A stretch of DNA of 15,063 nucleotides from Elusimicrobiota bacterium (lineage in GTDB: Bacteria; Elusimicrobiota; Elusimicrobia; Elusimicrobiales; UBA9959): positions 1 to 15,063 of the forward strand of contig DAIENX010000110.1 in the NCBI GenBank assembly GCA_027340875.1, read 5' to 3'. The first letter of the stretch is position 1, and each line of letters starts with the position of its first letter. Shown piece by piece: positions 1 to 7,938 of this stretch. Below the pieces are notes generated by a model. The model was not told the origin of the DNA and made no database searches. It was given only the letters and a program-made list of their open reading frames with translations. The translations under genes and the position numbers were made by a program.

Positions 1-496
1 AGTCCTCGGTGGCCTCGCCGCAGACGGGCTTCTCCTCGCCGTAGGAGATCGTGCCCATCGCGCTCTCCGGCACGCCGAGGCGGGCGTAGTAGTCGCGCAC
101 GGTCTTGGCCCGCTTCTGGCCCAGCGCCAGGTTGTACTCCACGGTGCCCCGGTCGTCGCAGTAGCCCTCTATCAGGACCTTCCAGTCCTTGCGGGCCTTC
201 AGCAGCGCGGCGTTGGCCTGCAGCGTGTTCCGGGCGGCCTCGGAAAGCTCGTACTTGTCGAAATCGAAGTTGACGGTCTTCAGCGTATCAAGCGGCTGGA
301 ACTCTCCGCCGCGGATATCCCCCTCGGCCGAGGCGGTGTCTGTGCTCTCCTCCACGTCCAGCGTGGGCAGAGTGGAGGTCTCTGTGATCATCTGCGGGTT
401 ATCGCCGGCGTTCTTGACGTTCTTCTTGTTGCAGGCGGACAGGACGAAAGCGGCCAGCAGCGGCATGGCGCAGGCGAGGAGCAGGTGTTTCTTCAT
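1..496 (-). CDS. pal: Peptidoglycan-associated lipoprotein (OmpA-like C-terminal domain); partial, 3' end lies outside the window
   Basis: Absent from the ORF track because there is no stop in the window; translated by hand. ATG at 496, GGAGGT SD at 507-512 (minus strand). Sequence MKKHLLLACAMPLLAAFVLSA-C carries a lipobox (LSAC), followed by the Pal/OmpA signature ...VNFDFDKYEL...VLIEGYCDDRGTVEYNLALGQKRAKTVRDY...LGV...TISYGEEKPVC. Confidence 0.92.
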   Translation of the reverse strand, partial: MKKHLLLACAMPLLAAFVLSACNKKNVKNAGDNPQMITETSTLPTLDVEESTDTASAEGDIRGGEFQPLDTLKTVNFDFDKYELSEAARNTLQANAALLKARKDWKVLIEGYCDDRGTVEYNLALGQKRAKTVRDYYARLGVPESAMGTISYGEEKPVCGEATED

Positions 497-529
497 CTTT
501 TTCGGGACCTCCGTATACTTTCAGCCAAT

Positions 530-558
530 AATCTATAAAAAAAAACGGGCTAATACAA
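530..558 (-). promoter_or_regulatory. Putative sigma70 promoter for pal (TTGTAT-N17-TAGATT), with a T9 run in the spacer
   Basis: Minus strand: TTGTAT (558-553), a 17-nt spacer containing T9 (545-537), then TAGATT (535-530). Lies in an AT-rich intergenic stretch of an otherwise GC-rich sequence. Confidence 0.45.
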
Positions 559-571
559 TAAGGGGAGAGGG

Positions 572-1537
572 TCAGGCGGTGCGCTCTGACAGAGCGGCCA
601 GGAAGGCCTTGAGCGCTGCCGCCTCTTCAGCGGCCGGGAACCTGTCTATCACCGGGGAAAGGGCGGCTATCTTGTCGGCCGCGGCCTTTCTGGCTGCGGC
701 GGAGAAGCCCCCTTCCCTGACGAGGGCGGCCAGCTCGAGGGCGGAGGAAAGGTCCGGCTCCGGACCCGACTTGACGGCGGTCAGCAGTTTTTCGGCCTCA
801 GGTCCGGAGGAGGCGTCGTTCAGGGCCAGTATCAGCGGGAGGGTGAACTTGCCCTCCTTTATGTCCTGCAGCGTCTCCTTGCCGCAGGCCTCGGCGTCGC
901 CTTCGAAGTCCAGCACGTCGTCTATTATCTGGAAGGCGCAGCCGGCATCCTCGCCTATCCGGGCGCAGTCCTCGAGCAGCTCGGGGCGGCCGGCGAGGCG
1001 ACAGGCGGCGAGGGAGCACCAGCGGAACAGGGCTCCGGTCTTCAGCGAAACGATCTTCTGCGCCAGCTCCGGGGCTATCTTCCTGCCCTTGGAGTTCTCC
1101 TCTATCAGCGCGCCTTCGGTCATGCGTTTGACGGCGGCCAGCAGGCTCTGGGGCAGGTCCGGTGCGGCGCGGCCGGCGGTCTCCAGGGCCAGCGTGATCA
1201 GCAGGTCGCCCACAAGTATGGCTGCGTTCACTCCGACCTGGTCGTAAAGGGTGGGAAGGCCTCGGCGGTAGCGGGCCATGTCCAGGCAGTCGTCGTGCAT
1301 CAGCGAGGCGGTGTGAGCCAGTTCGGCGGCGGCGGCCGTCTTCACGGCGCTGGCGGAGTCCGCCTTTAGCGCGCCGGCCATCAGCAGGGTAAAGCGGGCC
1401 CTGGCAGCCTTGCCCATGAAATTGAACGGATGCAGGTCGAAATCGAAGATCTCCCTGCCTATGCCGGCCAGCTCGACCGAGATCAGGTCCTTGACGGAGA
1501 GCAGGGAATTGTCGATGCTGCCGGCGGTTTTCGTCAT
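572..1537 (-). CDS. Trans-polyprenyl diphosphate synthase (IspB/HepT-like, probably long-chain)
   Basis: First Asp-rich motif HTASLMHDDCLD followed by RRG, then AILVGD, KTGALF, second motif FQIIDDVLD, and GKETLQDIKEGKFTLP. Small residues (A,S) before the first DDxxD fit long-chain synthases. Start taken as ATG 1537; the in-frame TTG at 1546 is an alternative. Confidence 0.9.
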   Translation of the reverse strand: MTKTAGSIDNSLLSVKDLISVELAGIGREIFDFDLHPFNFMGKAARARFTLLMAGALKADSASAVKTAAAAELAHTASLMHDDCLDMARYRRGLPTLYDQVGVNAAILVGDLLITLALETAGRAAPDLPQSLLAAVKRMTEGALIEENSKGRKIAPELAQKIVSLKTGALFRWCSLAACRLAGRPELLEDCARIGEDAGCAFQIIDDVLDFEGDAEACGKETLQDIKEGKFTLPLILALNDASSGPEAEKLLTAVKSGPEPDLSSALELAALVREGGFSAAARKAAADKIAALSPVIDRFPAAEEAAALKAFLAALSERTA

Positions 1538-1552
1538 ATCGCGCAAAAGAAC

Positions 1553-1561
1553 ATTTTAGCA
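1553..1561 (-). promoter_or_regulatory. Putative extended -10 element (TGcTAAAAT) for the polyprenyl synthase gene
   Basis: Minus strand reads TGCTAAAAT at 1561-1553, 15 nt upstream of ATG 1537. No clear SD is present. Confidence 0.45.
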
Positions 1562-1566
1562 TTTAA

Positions 1567-1809
1567 CAGTCTGCTGAAAAAGCCCCTTTCCGCGTCTTTT
1601 GGCCGCTTTTGGCCGTTTGATGCGCATAGCGCTTGTACGGCACGGCCATAGGCCAGGCCTGCGCCTTTGCGCCGCCTGTTTTCGCTGAATTGTGTCGCTT
1701 CGCTCCACCCGACTCGCAGTCTCTCGTAGAGAATGCTCATTTCGCGTCGCTGCGGCTCGGCTTCAAAATCGGCTCGAAATACATCAGAGTGGTCTTTTTC
1801 AATAGACTG
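1567..1809. mobile_element. Non-autonomous MITE-like element (~243 bp) with imperfect terminal inverted repeats, IS5/IS1182-like ends
   Basis: Left end CAGTCTGCTGAAAAAG (1567-1582) versus reverse complement of right end CAGTCTATTGAAAAAG (1794-1809): 14/16 identical. Flanked by TTAA (1563-1566) and TCAA (1810-1813), a possible degenerate 4-bp target duplication. No transposase ORF. Internal tandem repeat CTTTTGGCCG x2 at 1596-1615. Family resemblance is from recall only. Confidence 0.65.
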
Positions 1810-1819
1810 TCAAAAGTAT

Positions 1820-1825
1820 TATAAT
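1820..1825 (+). promoter_or_regulatory. Putative -10 box (TATAAT) of the CDF gene
   Basis: Perfect TATAAT 10 nt upstream of ATG 1836, with no SD in between. The -35 position falls inside the right terminal repeat of the MITE. Confidence 0.45.
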
Positions 1826-1835
1826 CCTACTAGCG

Positions 1836-2792
1836 ATGCCCCATCAGCACGACCACTCCAACGAGCACTGCCATGACCACGGCCACGCGCACGGCCATCA
1901 CCATCGCGGCCCGGCCGCCCAGAGGCGCGCGATAGCCGCGGCTTTCTACATAACCGCTGGTTTCATGCTGGTGGAGGCCGCGGGCGGCCTGCTGACGCGC
2001 AGCATGGCGCTGCTGAGCGACTCGCTGCACATGATGACGGACGCGGCCGCGCTGGGCATGAGCTTCTTCGCCTCCAGGCTGGCGCAGCTTAGGCCTGACT
2101 CCTCGCGCACCTACGGCTACCGCCGCGCGGAGGTGGTGGCGGCGCTCGCCAACGCGATGCTGCTGTGGATACTTTCGGGCTACATGCTGAGGGAGGTGTA
2201 TGACCGCTTCCAGAGCCCGGTGCCGGTGCTTTCCCTCCCGATGCTGATCGTAGCGGCCGTGGGCCTGCTGGCCAACGTGGCCGGCGCCTGGATACTGCAC
2301 GGCCACAGCGGCGAGAACATAAACATCCGGGGTGCCTTCCTGCACGTGATGAGCGACCTGGCGGGCTCCGTGGCGGCCCTGGCGGCCGGCGCGGTCATTT
2401 ATTTTACCGGCTGGTACCCGGCCGACACCATCGTTTCCCTCCTTATAATAATGCTGATACTCGTCAGCTCCACCAGGCTGCTGCTGGAGGCTTTCCATAT
2501 ACTTATGGAAGGGGTACCCAGGGAACTGTCCCTCAAGGCTCTGGAAAAGGAGCTGAGGTCCATAGACGGCGTCTCGGACGTGCACGAACTGCACGCCTGG
2601 AGCCTTTCCACCGGCTTCAACGCGCTGAGCGCGCACCTCGTGGTGAAGGACCCCGGCAAGAGGCAGACGGCCCTGAAGGCCGCCACCTGCTCGGTGGCGC
2701 CGGCGTTCGGCATCAGGCACACGGTCTTCCAGGTGGAGGCCGAACCGGTGGAGAACTCCTCCTGCGATGTCTGCGTTCCCGGAGCGAATTGA
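1836..2792 (+). CDS. czcD: Cation diffusion facilitator (Zn/Co/Cd exporter, CzcD/ZitB type)
   Basis: N-terminal His-rich tail (11 His in the first 23 aa), CDF signature SMALLSDSLHMMTD, YGYRRAEVVAAL, NIRGAFLHVMSD (HD-HD metal site), hydrophobic TM segments, and the C-terminal domain LMEGVP...DVHELHAWSL...SAHLVV...HTVFQVE. Confidence 0.95.
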   Translation: MPHQHDHSNEHCHDHGHAHGHHHRGPAAQRRAIAAAFYITAGFMLVEAAGGLLTRSMALLSDSLHMMTDAAALGMSFFASRLAQLRPDSSRTYGYRRAEVVAALANAMLLWILSGYMLREVYDRFQSPVPVLSLPMLIVAAVGLLANVAGAWILHGHSGENINIRGAFLHVMSDLAGSVAALAAGAVIYFTGWYPADTIVSLLIIMLILVSSTRLLLEAFHILMEGVPRELSLKALEKELRSIDGVSDVHELHAWSLSTGFNALSAHLVVKDPGKRQTALKAATCSVAPAFGIRHTVFQVEAEPVENSSCDVCVPGAN

Positions 2793-2892
2793 GGAATATC
2801 TGAGGACGCTCTGAGGTTCCCGTAAGCCCGCCGCGCTAACATATTGAGCGGAGAAGTGCGTGCCTGTGTTATTAAAGTTACACAGAAAAAAG

Positions 2893-2922
2893 TTGACACG
2901 CGTCAAGATTTTGTTGTACTTT
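2893..2922 (+). promoter_or_regulatory. Putative sigma70 promoter of the secreted-protein cluster; the -35 box is part of a TTGAC-N4-GTCAA palindrome
   Basis: TTGACA at 2893-2898, 18-nt spacer, TACTTT at 2917-2922. TTGACACGCGTCAA (2893-2906) is a 12/14 palindrome. The surrounding context is AT-rich. Confidence 0.5.
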
Positions 2923-3013
2923 TATCGGGATTTGGGTTTTAGCCTGTTGCGGTTAAACTGTTTTACTGCGGATCATGGCGGGGCCGGTCCATGCCGGCCT
3001 ATACGGAGGGAAC

Positions 3014-6000
3014 ATGCGTTCATTAGCTAGACTTATCATCGCGGCCGCGCTTTCGGCGTCCGCCGTAATTGCGTCCGCGGCCACCACCGCGCTCAACGTC
3101 CACATAAAGGACCAGAGCGGGGCGGCGCTGCAGAACGTCCACGTGGCGGCCATAGAGTTCGGCATGAACGGCCCGTCCACGTACACGCTGCTTGGCGTCA
3201 CCAACGCCTCCGGCGACGTATCCTTCACGATACAGCAGCAGAGAAGCTACAACCTCCTCTACAGCATGCAGGGCTACTCCCCCACGATCTCCGACCAGTT
3301 CAACAATCCGGAATACGACCCCAACAAGTACGTCTGGGCCATGAACGCCACCCCGGTCTACTCCACCTTCACGATGACCTCCGGCCTCACCGGCGTGGGC
3401 AGGCTGGAACAGGAATTCAGCAGCGCCACCGCCAACACCGTGCTCTTCGGCGGCGTCTACAACATGATCTCCCAGATGCCGGGCGGTTCCGGTCTCGTAT
3501 TCACCAGCAATACCGGCACCGGCACCCTGGTAGTGGAGAACGTCCCTTACGCGGAAGCCAATACCTATAATATAGGCCTTTACGACCCGAAACAGAACAA
3601 GGGCATAGGCCGCAACGTGATGACGGCGCTCGATGCCACCACCCCGATCGTGTCATATACGGGCGCGGCGAAGCTGAATTTCAACCAGGCCATGCCTCCG
3701 GCCCGCGTTGATAATAACACCAGCGGCGGCGGCGGCTCCACCTCTGGCGCCAGCGTGGAAGGCATACTTGTCAGCACCAATTCCGAGCCTATCCCCTATA
3801 TGGGCATAGGCGTCAAGGCCTGCGTGGGCTACCAGTGGAACACCTGGGCCAACGCCGACGAGAGCGGCCGCTTCAAGCTCTACGACCTCACCCCCGGGGT
3901 CACTTACTACCTCAGCGTGATGGGCGGCTGTACCTGGAGCCAGAACGGCCCCGGCAACTGCTACGCGCCCTACGTCAGCGCGCAGTACGACTCGCAGGAC
4001 ATCTGCACCGCGAACAACTCCACGGTGGACCCCAACGACATAGTCTATATCAGCTCCGACGTGCTCTATCATCAGGTGCAGCTCAGCCAGATGCCGCCGA
4101 GCATAGGCCAGATAAAGGTCTGCGTGAAGTCCTCGGCCGGCTATCCGATACCCAACTCCAACGTGAACCTCAACCCCGATGGCTCGCCCTGGAGCAGGGT
4201 GAACTGCGTCTCCCACAACTGGGGTCCCCCGCCGGACGATATTTCCAGCCCCGGCTTCTCCAACTCCAATATCAATACCGGGGCCGACGGCTGCGCCACT
4301 TTCGACGGGCTGCCCAGCGGCAACTACATGGTCAACGCCTGGACGCCTTTCTCCAGCGGCATGACCTCGCCTTATAACGCCGGTCCCGACGGCACCTTCA
4401 CCAACTCCGGCATGAACGGCGGCGGCGGCAACTGGCAGCAGTCCCACTGCGAGGGCACCGGCGTGGACGACTACCGTGTCACGGTGGACACCGAGCCTTC
4501 GACCAACGGTGGCCAGATGCTTCACGTCTATAACAGCAGCGGCACCGTGGTGAAGGACGCGGCTAACCTCGCCATTTCGTCGATCACCTACCTGGTCGCC
4601 ACCGGCAACAATACCACCGGCGAAGTGAAGGGGCGTATCACCTTCCCCAGGGTGGTGGACCTCACCAATAATCCCATAGTGATAACCATGTACGGCCAGT
4701 GCAACGGTCAGATGGGCGGCTGCCCGGCCGGCAATATGGCCCTGATAACCGGCAGCGGCGCCGATCATTACGACTACACCATCAACGTCTCCAGCGGCTT
4801 CGCCTATTACATGAACGTGGGCTCCAGCGGCTGGGGCCGCGTGCGGCGCGGCGGCGGCAACGACAGCATCCACCTCGAGGGTTCCACCAGCGTGGTGGTG
4901 AACATGAGCTTCGAGCCCGCCGGTACCGTGACCGGCACCGTCTACAAGCCGGACGGCACCGTGCTGACGCCTTCCAACAACCTGTGGGTGGGCGTGAACA
5001 TAGGCAGCGACAACGGCTGGAGCTATACGCAGCTGCAGAAGGACGGCACCTTCGCCTTGAAGGACATCCTGCCCGGCGTCAACCGCGTCTCCATCAACGT
5101 GAGCGGCGGCGGGCCCAACGGCGTCACCAACTTCAATTACGCCGCGCCCTCTCCGCAGCCTACTGTCACCGTCGTGGCGGGCAGCACCTCCACGCTCAAT
5201 ATCAACCTCGTGAAAGCCAACTATGTCGGCATACACCTGAGCACCGGCATGGTGCCCGATGCAACCGTCATTTCCAGAGGCTACGACAACGTGCTCGGCT
5301 TCAAGGTGGTCCCGGTGCCCGCCGGCACCGTGATGAAGGGCAATACCATATCGGACATGCTCTTCTCCAAGGGCGAAGACAGCTCGCAGTTCCGCTATTC
5401 CAATCCGACCGGCCCAGGCCAGCCCGGACCTTGCGGAGACAACTGGCCCGGCGGCTTCTGCGCGGCCAGCCTGCCTTCTCCTTCCGTGTACGACCTCTAC
5501 CTGATGAGGTCCGGGGACTTCGGAGATATGTCGTCCACGATCACTATCTCCGTTCCTATCCCGTACCCGCACTTCACGCTGCTGACCTCCAGCAAGAACG
5601 TGATAGTGGACGACGCGCACGCCAACGCCCTGGTGCGTATGCCGTACAGCATGAGCTTCTCCAGCGGCGTGGTGGTGAACCTCACGCCTTCCACCAACAT
5701 GTCGGGCCGCGGCAACGCCGTGCTCAAGGGCGCTGTATCCGCCAACCACTTCTTCAGACAGACGGATTATGACGCGCTGGGCGGGGACTTCGACAAGTTC
5801 CTGGAATACCTGCCTATCGTGGCCCTCTACGACTCCAACGGCGCCTTCGCGGCGGCCGGGGCCGTGGTGCCTCCGCCTTCCTTCATAGCCCAGCACGACC
5901 AGGACTTCAACATAGCCTTCGGCCAGGGTTTCCCGGCCCTCCAGGCGTTGCTGGCCTCGGCCGGTACTTTCGGCTTCGAGATAAGGGGCCTGGCGCCTTC

Positions 6001-7912
6001 GGCCTGCTACACGGCCGTGGTGACCACCCCCAACTATCCGCCGTACCAGACGCGTACCTGCGTGGGCGCGGATAAATCCACCACTACGATAACGGTGGAC
6101 CTGGACGCCGCCGTAGGCGCGGGCGCCACCGTGCAGGGCGTGGTGACCAGCACCAACTCCGCGGTGCGCCTGGCCAACGTGGCGGTGCAGCTCTCGGGCG
6201 ACGGTATCGACACCCGCAGCGCCATCACCGACTCCACCGGCGTCTATAAGTTCGAGGGTCTGCCCGAGGGCGGCGTCAACGTGCGCGTCTCCCTGGACGG
6301 CTACGCTTCGGCCTCGGCCGACGAGACCCTGGTGGGCGCCAACGTCTACACCAAGAACTTCGCGCTGACCGCGGCCGGCGGCTCCATCACCGGCACGGTC
6401 TATTCGCAGAAGCTGCCGTTCGCCAAGGTGCAGGCCGGCGCCCAGATAGTGGCGTACGACGACACCTACAACGGCCTCCACCCTACGGAGCCCCTGGCCC
6501 TGCTGAAGACCATGACCGGGTCCGACGGCTCCTACAAGCTCTCCGGGCTCGTGCCCGGGGACGTGTACAAGGTGTTCCTGAAGGTCACCGGCAAATACAC
6601 GCTGAGCGTGGCCACCACCGCGGTGGACGGCGCGCTATCCGGCGTGGACTTCACGATGCTGGCCAAGCCGCTGGACATAGAGTTGTTCGCCAGGAAGGGC
6701 GACCAGTTCTACGAGTTCACCGTGCTGAACCCGAAGGACTTCAAGAGCGGCGTGGCCACCTGGAGCGTGGCTCCTTATAACCCTGCCGCCGCGTCCACGA
6801 TGACGCTGACGCAGCTCTCCAGCGGCGAACTGAGCGGCAAGATCCCGCTCTCCTCGCTGGCGGCCAACACGGTCTACGTGCTGCAGGGCGTGGCCCAGTC
6901 CTACTCCGGCAAGCAGGTCGTGCGCGAGCTGCTGTTCGGCAAGGGCTACAAGGGCAACACCAGGCAGAACATAGACGACATCATACTGGGAGACGACACC
7001 GAGAACGACAAGGGCCGCAAGAACAACGAGGCCGCCATGGACAAGAGCGGCGACGACCCGTCGGCCCTCGCGTTCCCGCCCGGAGCGGTGCTGCCCGTCT
7101 CCACCGGCGCCATCCCCACCTGCACCTTCAAGGGCCAGGGCAAGGACGACGCCGCCGTGGCGGACAAGGTGGCCGCGCTCGGCGCGGACGCCTTCGCCGG
7201 CGGCCTGTACACCGTCTCGATGGACAGCGTGACATCGAACGAGAACAAGTCCATAGAGCTGACGCTGGCCTACGACAAGACCACCGCCACTCTGACGGAC
7301 CTGACCGTGGCCCGCTACAACGACAGCACCGGCGACTGGGACCAGGTGCCCGGAGTGGCCACCGTGAACCCGCTGAAGGGCACGGTGAAGGTGAAGCTCA
7401 AGAACCTGGCCTCAGTGCTGGCCAGGCCCGGCTCGGTCCAGGTGAACTCCTTCGACGGCAGGCAGTACGTGGTAAGGCCCCGCGCCTCCGCGCCCTCCAG
7501 CACGTCAGGGACGTTCGCCGTGATCAGGCCCTCCGTGGTCACCGGCGGCGGCTACGCCGGCTCCAAGCTGAAGGTGTTCAACTACCCGAACCCCTTTAAC
7601 CTTAAGGACAAGGCCATCTCGAACAACCAGGGTGCTTCGCTGCCCGGCACCACCAACGGTACGGTGATCCACGTGGAGGTGCCGGCCGGCAACGGCGGCG
7701 CGGGTCACGTGCGCATCTACACGCTGGCGGGCGAGCTGGTCAAGGACATCAGTGCCACCTTCACCGCGGGCACCCACAACTACGTGCTGTGGGACGGCCA
7801 TAACAGCGGCGGCCAGGAAGTGGCCAACGGCGTCTACTACGGCGTGGTCGAGCTGTCCGGCAAGAAGCCGGCGCGCAAGGACGCCACGTTCAAGATGGCG
7901 GTAGTGAAATAG
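3014..7912 (+). CDS. Large secreted multi-domain protein (1632 aa): tandem carboxypeptidase-regulatory-like/Cna-B-type beta-sandwiches, a ZU5-like domain, and a C-terminal T9SS type-A/FlgD-Ig-like domain
   Basis: GGAGGG SD before ATG 3014, preferred over the track's 2975. Sec signal MRSLARLIIAAALSASAVIASA. Recurrent G-x-V/I-x-G-x-V...T-D/N-x-x-G-x-Y/F-x-x-x-G-L-x-x-G units (e.g. TVQGVVT...ITDSTGVYKFEGLPEG; SITGTVY...TGSDGSYKLSGLVPG). C-terminus KVFNYPNPF...VRIYTLAGELVKDI...LWDGHNSGGQEVANGVYY...KMAVVK. Confidence 0.88.
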   Translation: MRSLARLIIAAALSASAVIASAATTALNVHIKDQSGAALQNVHVAAIEFGMNGPSTYTLLGVTNASGDVSFTIQQQRSYNLLYSMQGYSPTISDQFNNPEYDPNKYVWAMNATPVYSTFTMTSGLTGVGRLEQEFSSATANTVLFGGVYNMISQMPGGSGLVFTSNTGTGTLVVENVPYAEANTYNIGLYDPKQNKGIGRNVMTALDATTPIVSYTGAAKLNFNQAMPPARVDNNTSGGGGSTSGASVEGILVSTNSEPIPYMGIGVKACVGYQWNTWANADESGRFKLYDLTPGVTYYLSVMGGCTWSQNGPGNCYAPYVSAQYDSQDICTANNSTVDPNDIVYISSDVLYHQVQLSQMPPSIGQIKVCVKSSAGYPIPNSNVNLNPDGSPWSRVNCVSHNWGPPPDDISSPGFSNSNINTGADGCATFDGLPSGNYMVNAWTPFSSGMTSPYNAGPDGTFTNSGMNGGGGNWQQSHCEGTGVDDYRVTVDTEPSTNGGQMLHVYNSSGTVVKDAANLAISSITYLVATGNNTTGEVKGRITFPRVVDLTNNPIVITMYGQCNGQMGGCPAGNMALITGSGADHYDYTINVSSGFAYYMNVGSSGWGRVRRGGGNDSIHLEGSTSVVVNMSFEPAGTVTGTVYKPDGTVLTPSNNLWVGVNIGSDNGWSYTQLQKDGTFALKDILPGVNRVSINVSGGGPNGVTNFNYAAPSPQPTVTVVAGSTSTLNINLVKANYVGIHLSTGMVPDATVISRGYDNVLGFKVVPVPAGTVMKGNTISDMLFSKGEDSSQFRYSNPTGPGQPGPCGDNWPGGFCAASLPSPSVYDLYLMRSGDFGDMSSTITISVPIPYPHFTLLTSSKNVIVDDAHANALVRMPYSMSFSSGVVVNLTPSTNMSGRGNAVLKGAVSANHFFRQTDYDALGGDFDKFLEYLPIVALYDSNGAFAAAGAVVPPPSFIAQHDQDFNIAFGQGFPALQALLASAGTFGFEIRGLAPSACYTAVVTTPNYPPYQTRTCVGADKSTTTITVDLDAAVGAGATVQGVVTSTNSAVRLANVAVQLSGDGIDTRSAITDSTGVYKFEGLPEGGVNVRVSLDGYASASADETLVGANVYTKNFALTAAGGSITGTVYSQKLPFAKVQAGAQIVAYDDTYNGLHPTEPLALLKTMTGSDGSYKLSGLVPGDVYKVFLKVTGKYTLSVATTAVDGALSGVDFTMLAKPLDIELFARKGDQFYEFTVLNPKDFKSGVATWSVAPYNPAAASTMTLTQLSSGELSGKIPLSSLAANTVYVLQGVAQSYSGKQVVRELLFGKGYKGNTRQNIDDIILGDDTENDKGRKNNEAAMDKSGDDPSALAFPPGAVLPVSTGAIPTCTFKGQGKDDAAVADKVAALGADAFAGGLYTVSMDSVTSNENKSIELTLAYDKTTATLTDLTVARYNDSTGDWDQVPGVATVNPLKGTVKVKLKNLASVLARPGSVQVNSFDGRQYVVRPRASAPSSTSGTFAVIRPSVVTGGGYAGSKLKVFNYPNPFNLKDKAISNNQGASLPGTTNGTVIHVEVPAGNGGAGHVRIYTLAGELVKDISATFTAGTHNYVLWDGHNSGGQEVANGVYYGVVELSGKKPARKDATFKMAVVK

Positions 7913-7938
7913 ACCGGCATAAAGGACGAGGAGAGACT

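Noticed and set aside
189..1247. 352-aa plus-strand ORF and the 798..1562 minus-strand alternative frame
   Set aside because: They overlap pal and the prenyl synthase. The translations are Ser/Ala- or Arg-rich low-information sequence with no SD or domain.
1430..1824. Short ORFs (63-73 aa) within or across the MITE-like element
   Set aside because: No transposase motifs and no SD. Better explained as incidental frames in a non-coding element.
3000..3009. TATACGGAGG shared upstream of pal (minus strand 517-508) and the giant gene, resembling a CsrA site
   Set aside because: Half of the match is simply the SD sequence, and two instances are insufficient evidence.
3653..6481. 942-aa antisense ORF, and similar ones at 7969-8703, 8737-10017, 10157-10939, 12063-13511, 13330-14448 and 1830-2906
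   Set aside because: These are shadows of well-supported plus-strand genes. High GC3 bias removes stop codons on the opposite strand, and the translations show the typical V/G/H/R-rich shadow composition with no recognisable motifs.
3014..7912. Frequent Ser-Thr dipeptides as a possible O-glycosylation sequon
   Set aside because: About 19 occurrences by eye in a very Ser/Thr-rich 1632-aa protein is not clearly above compositional expectation. A proteome-wide enrichment test would be needed.
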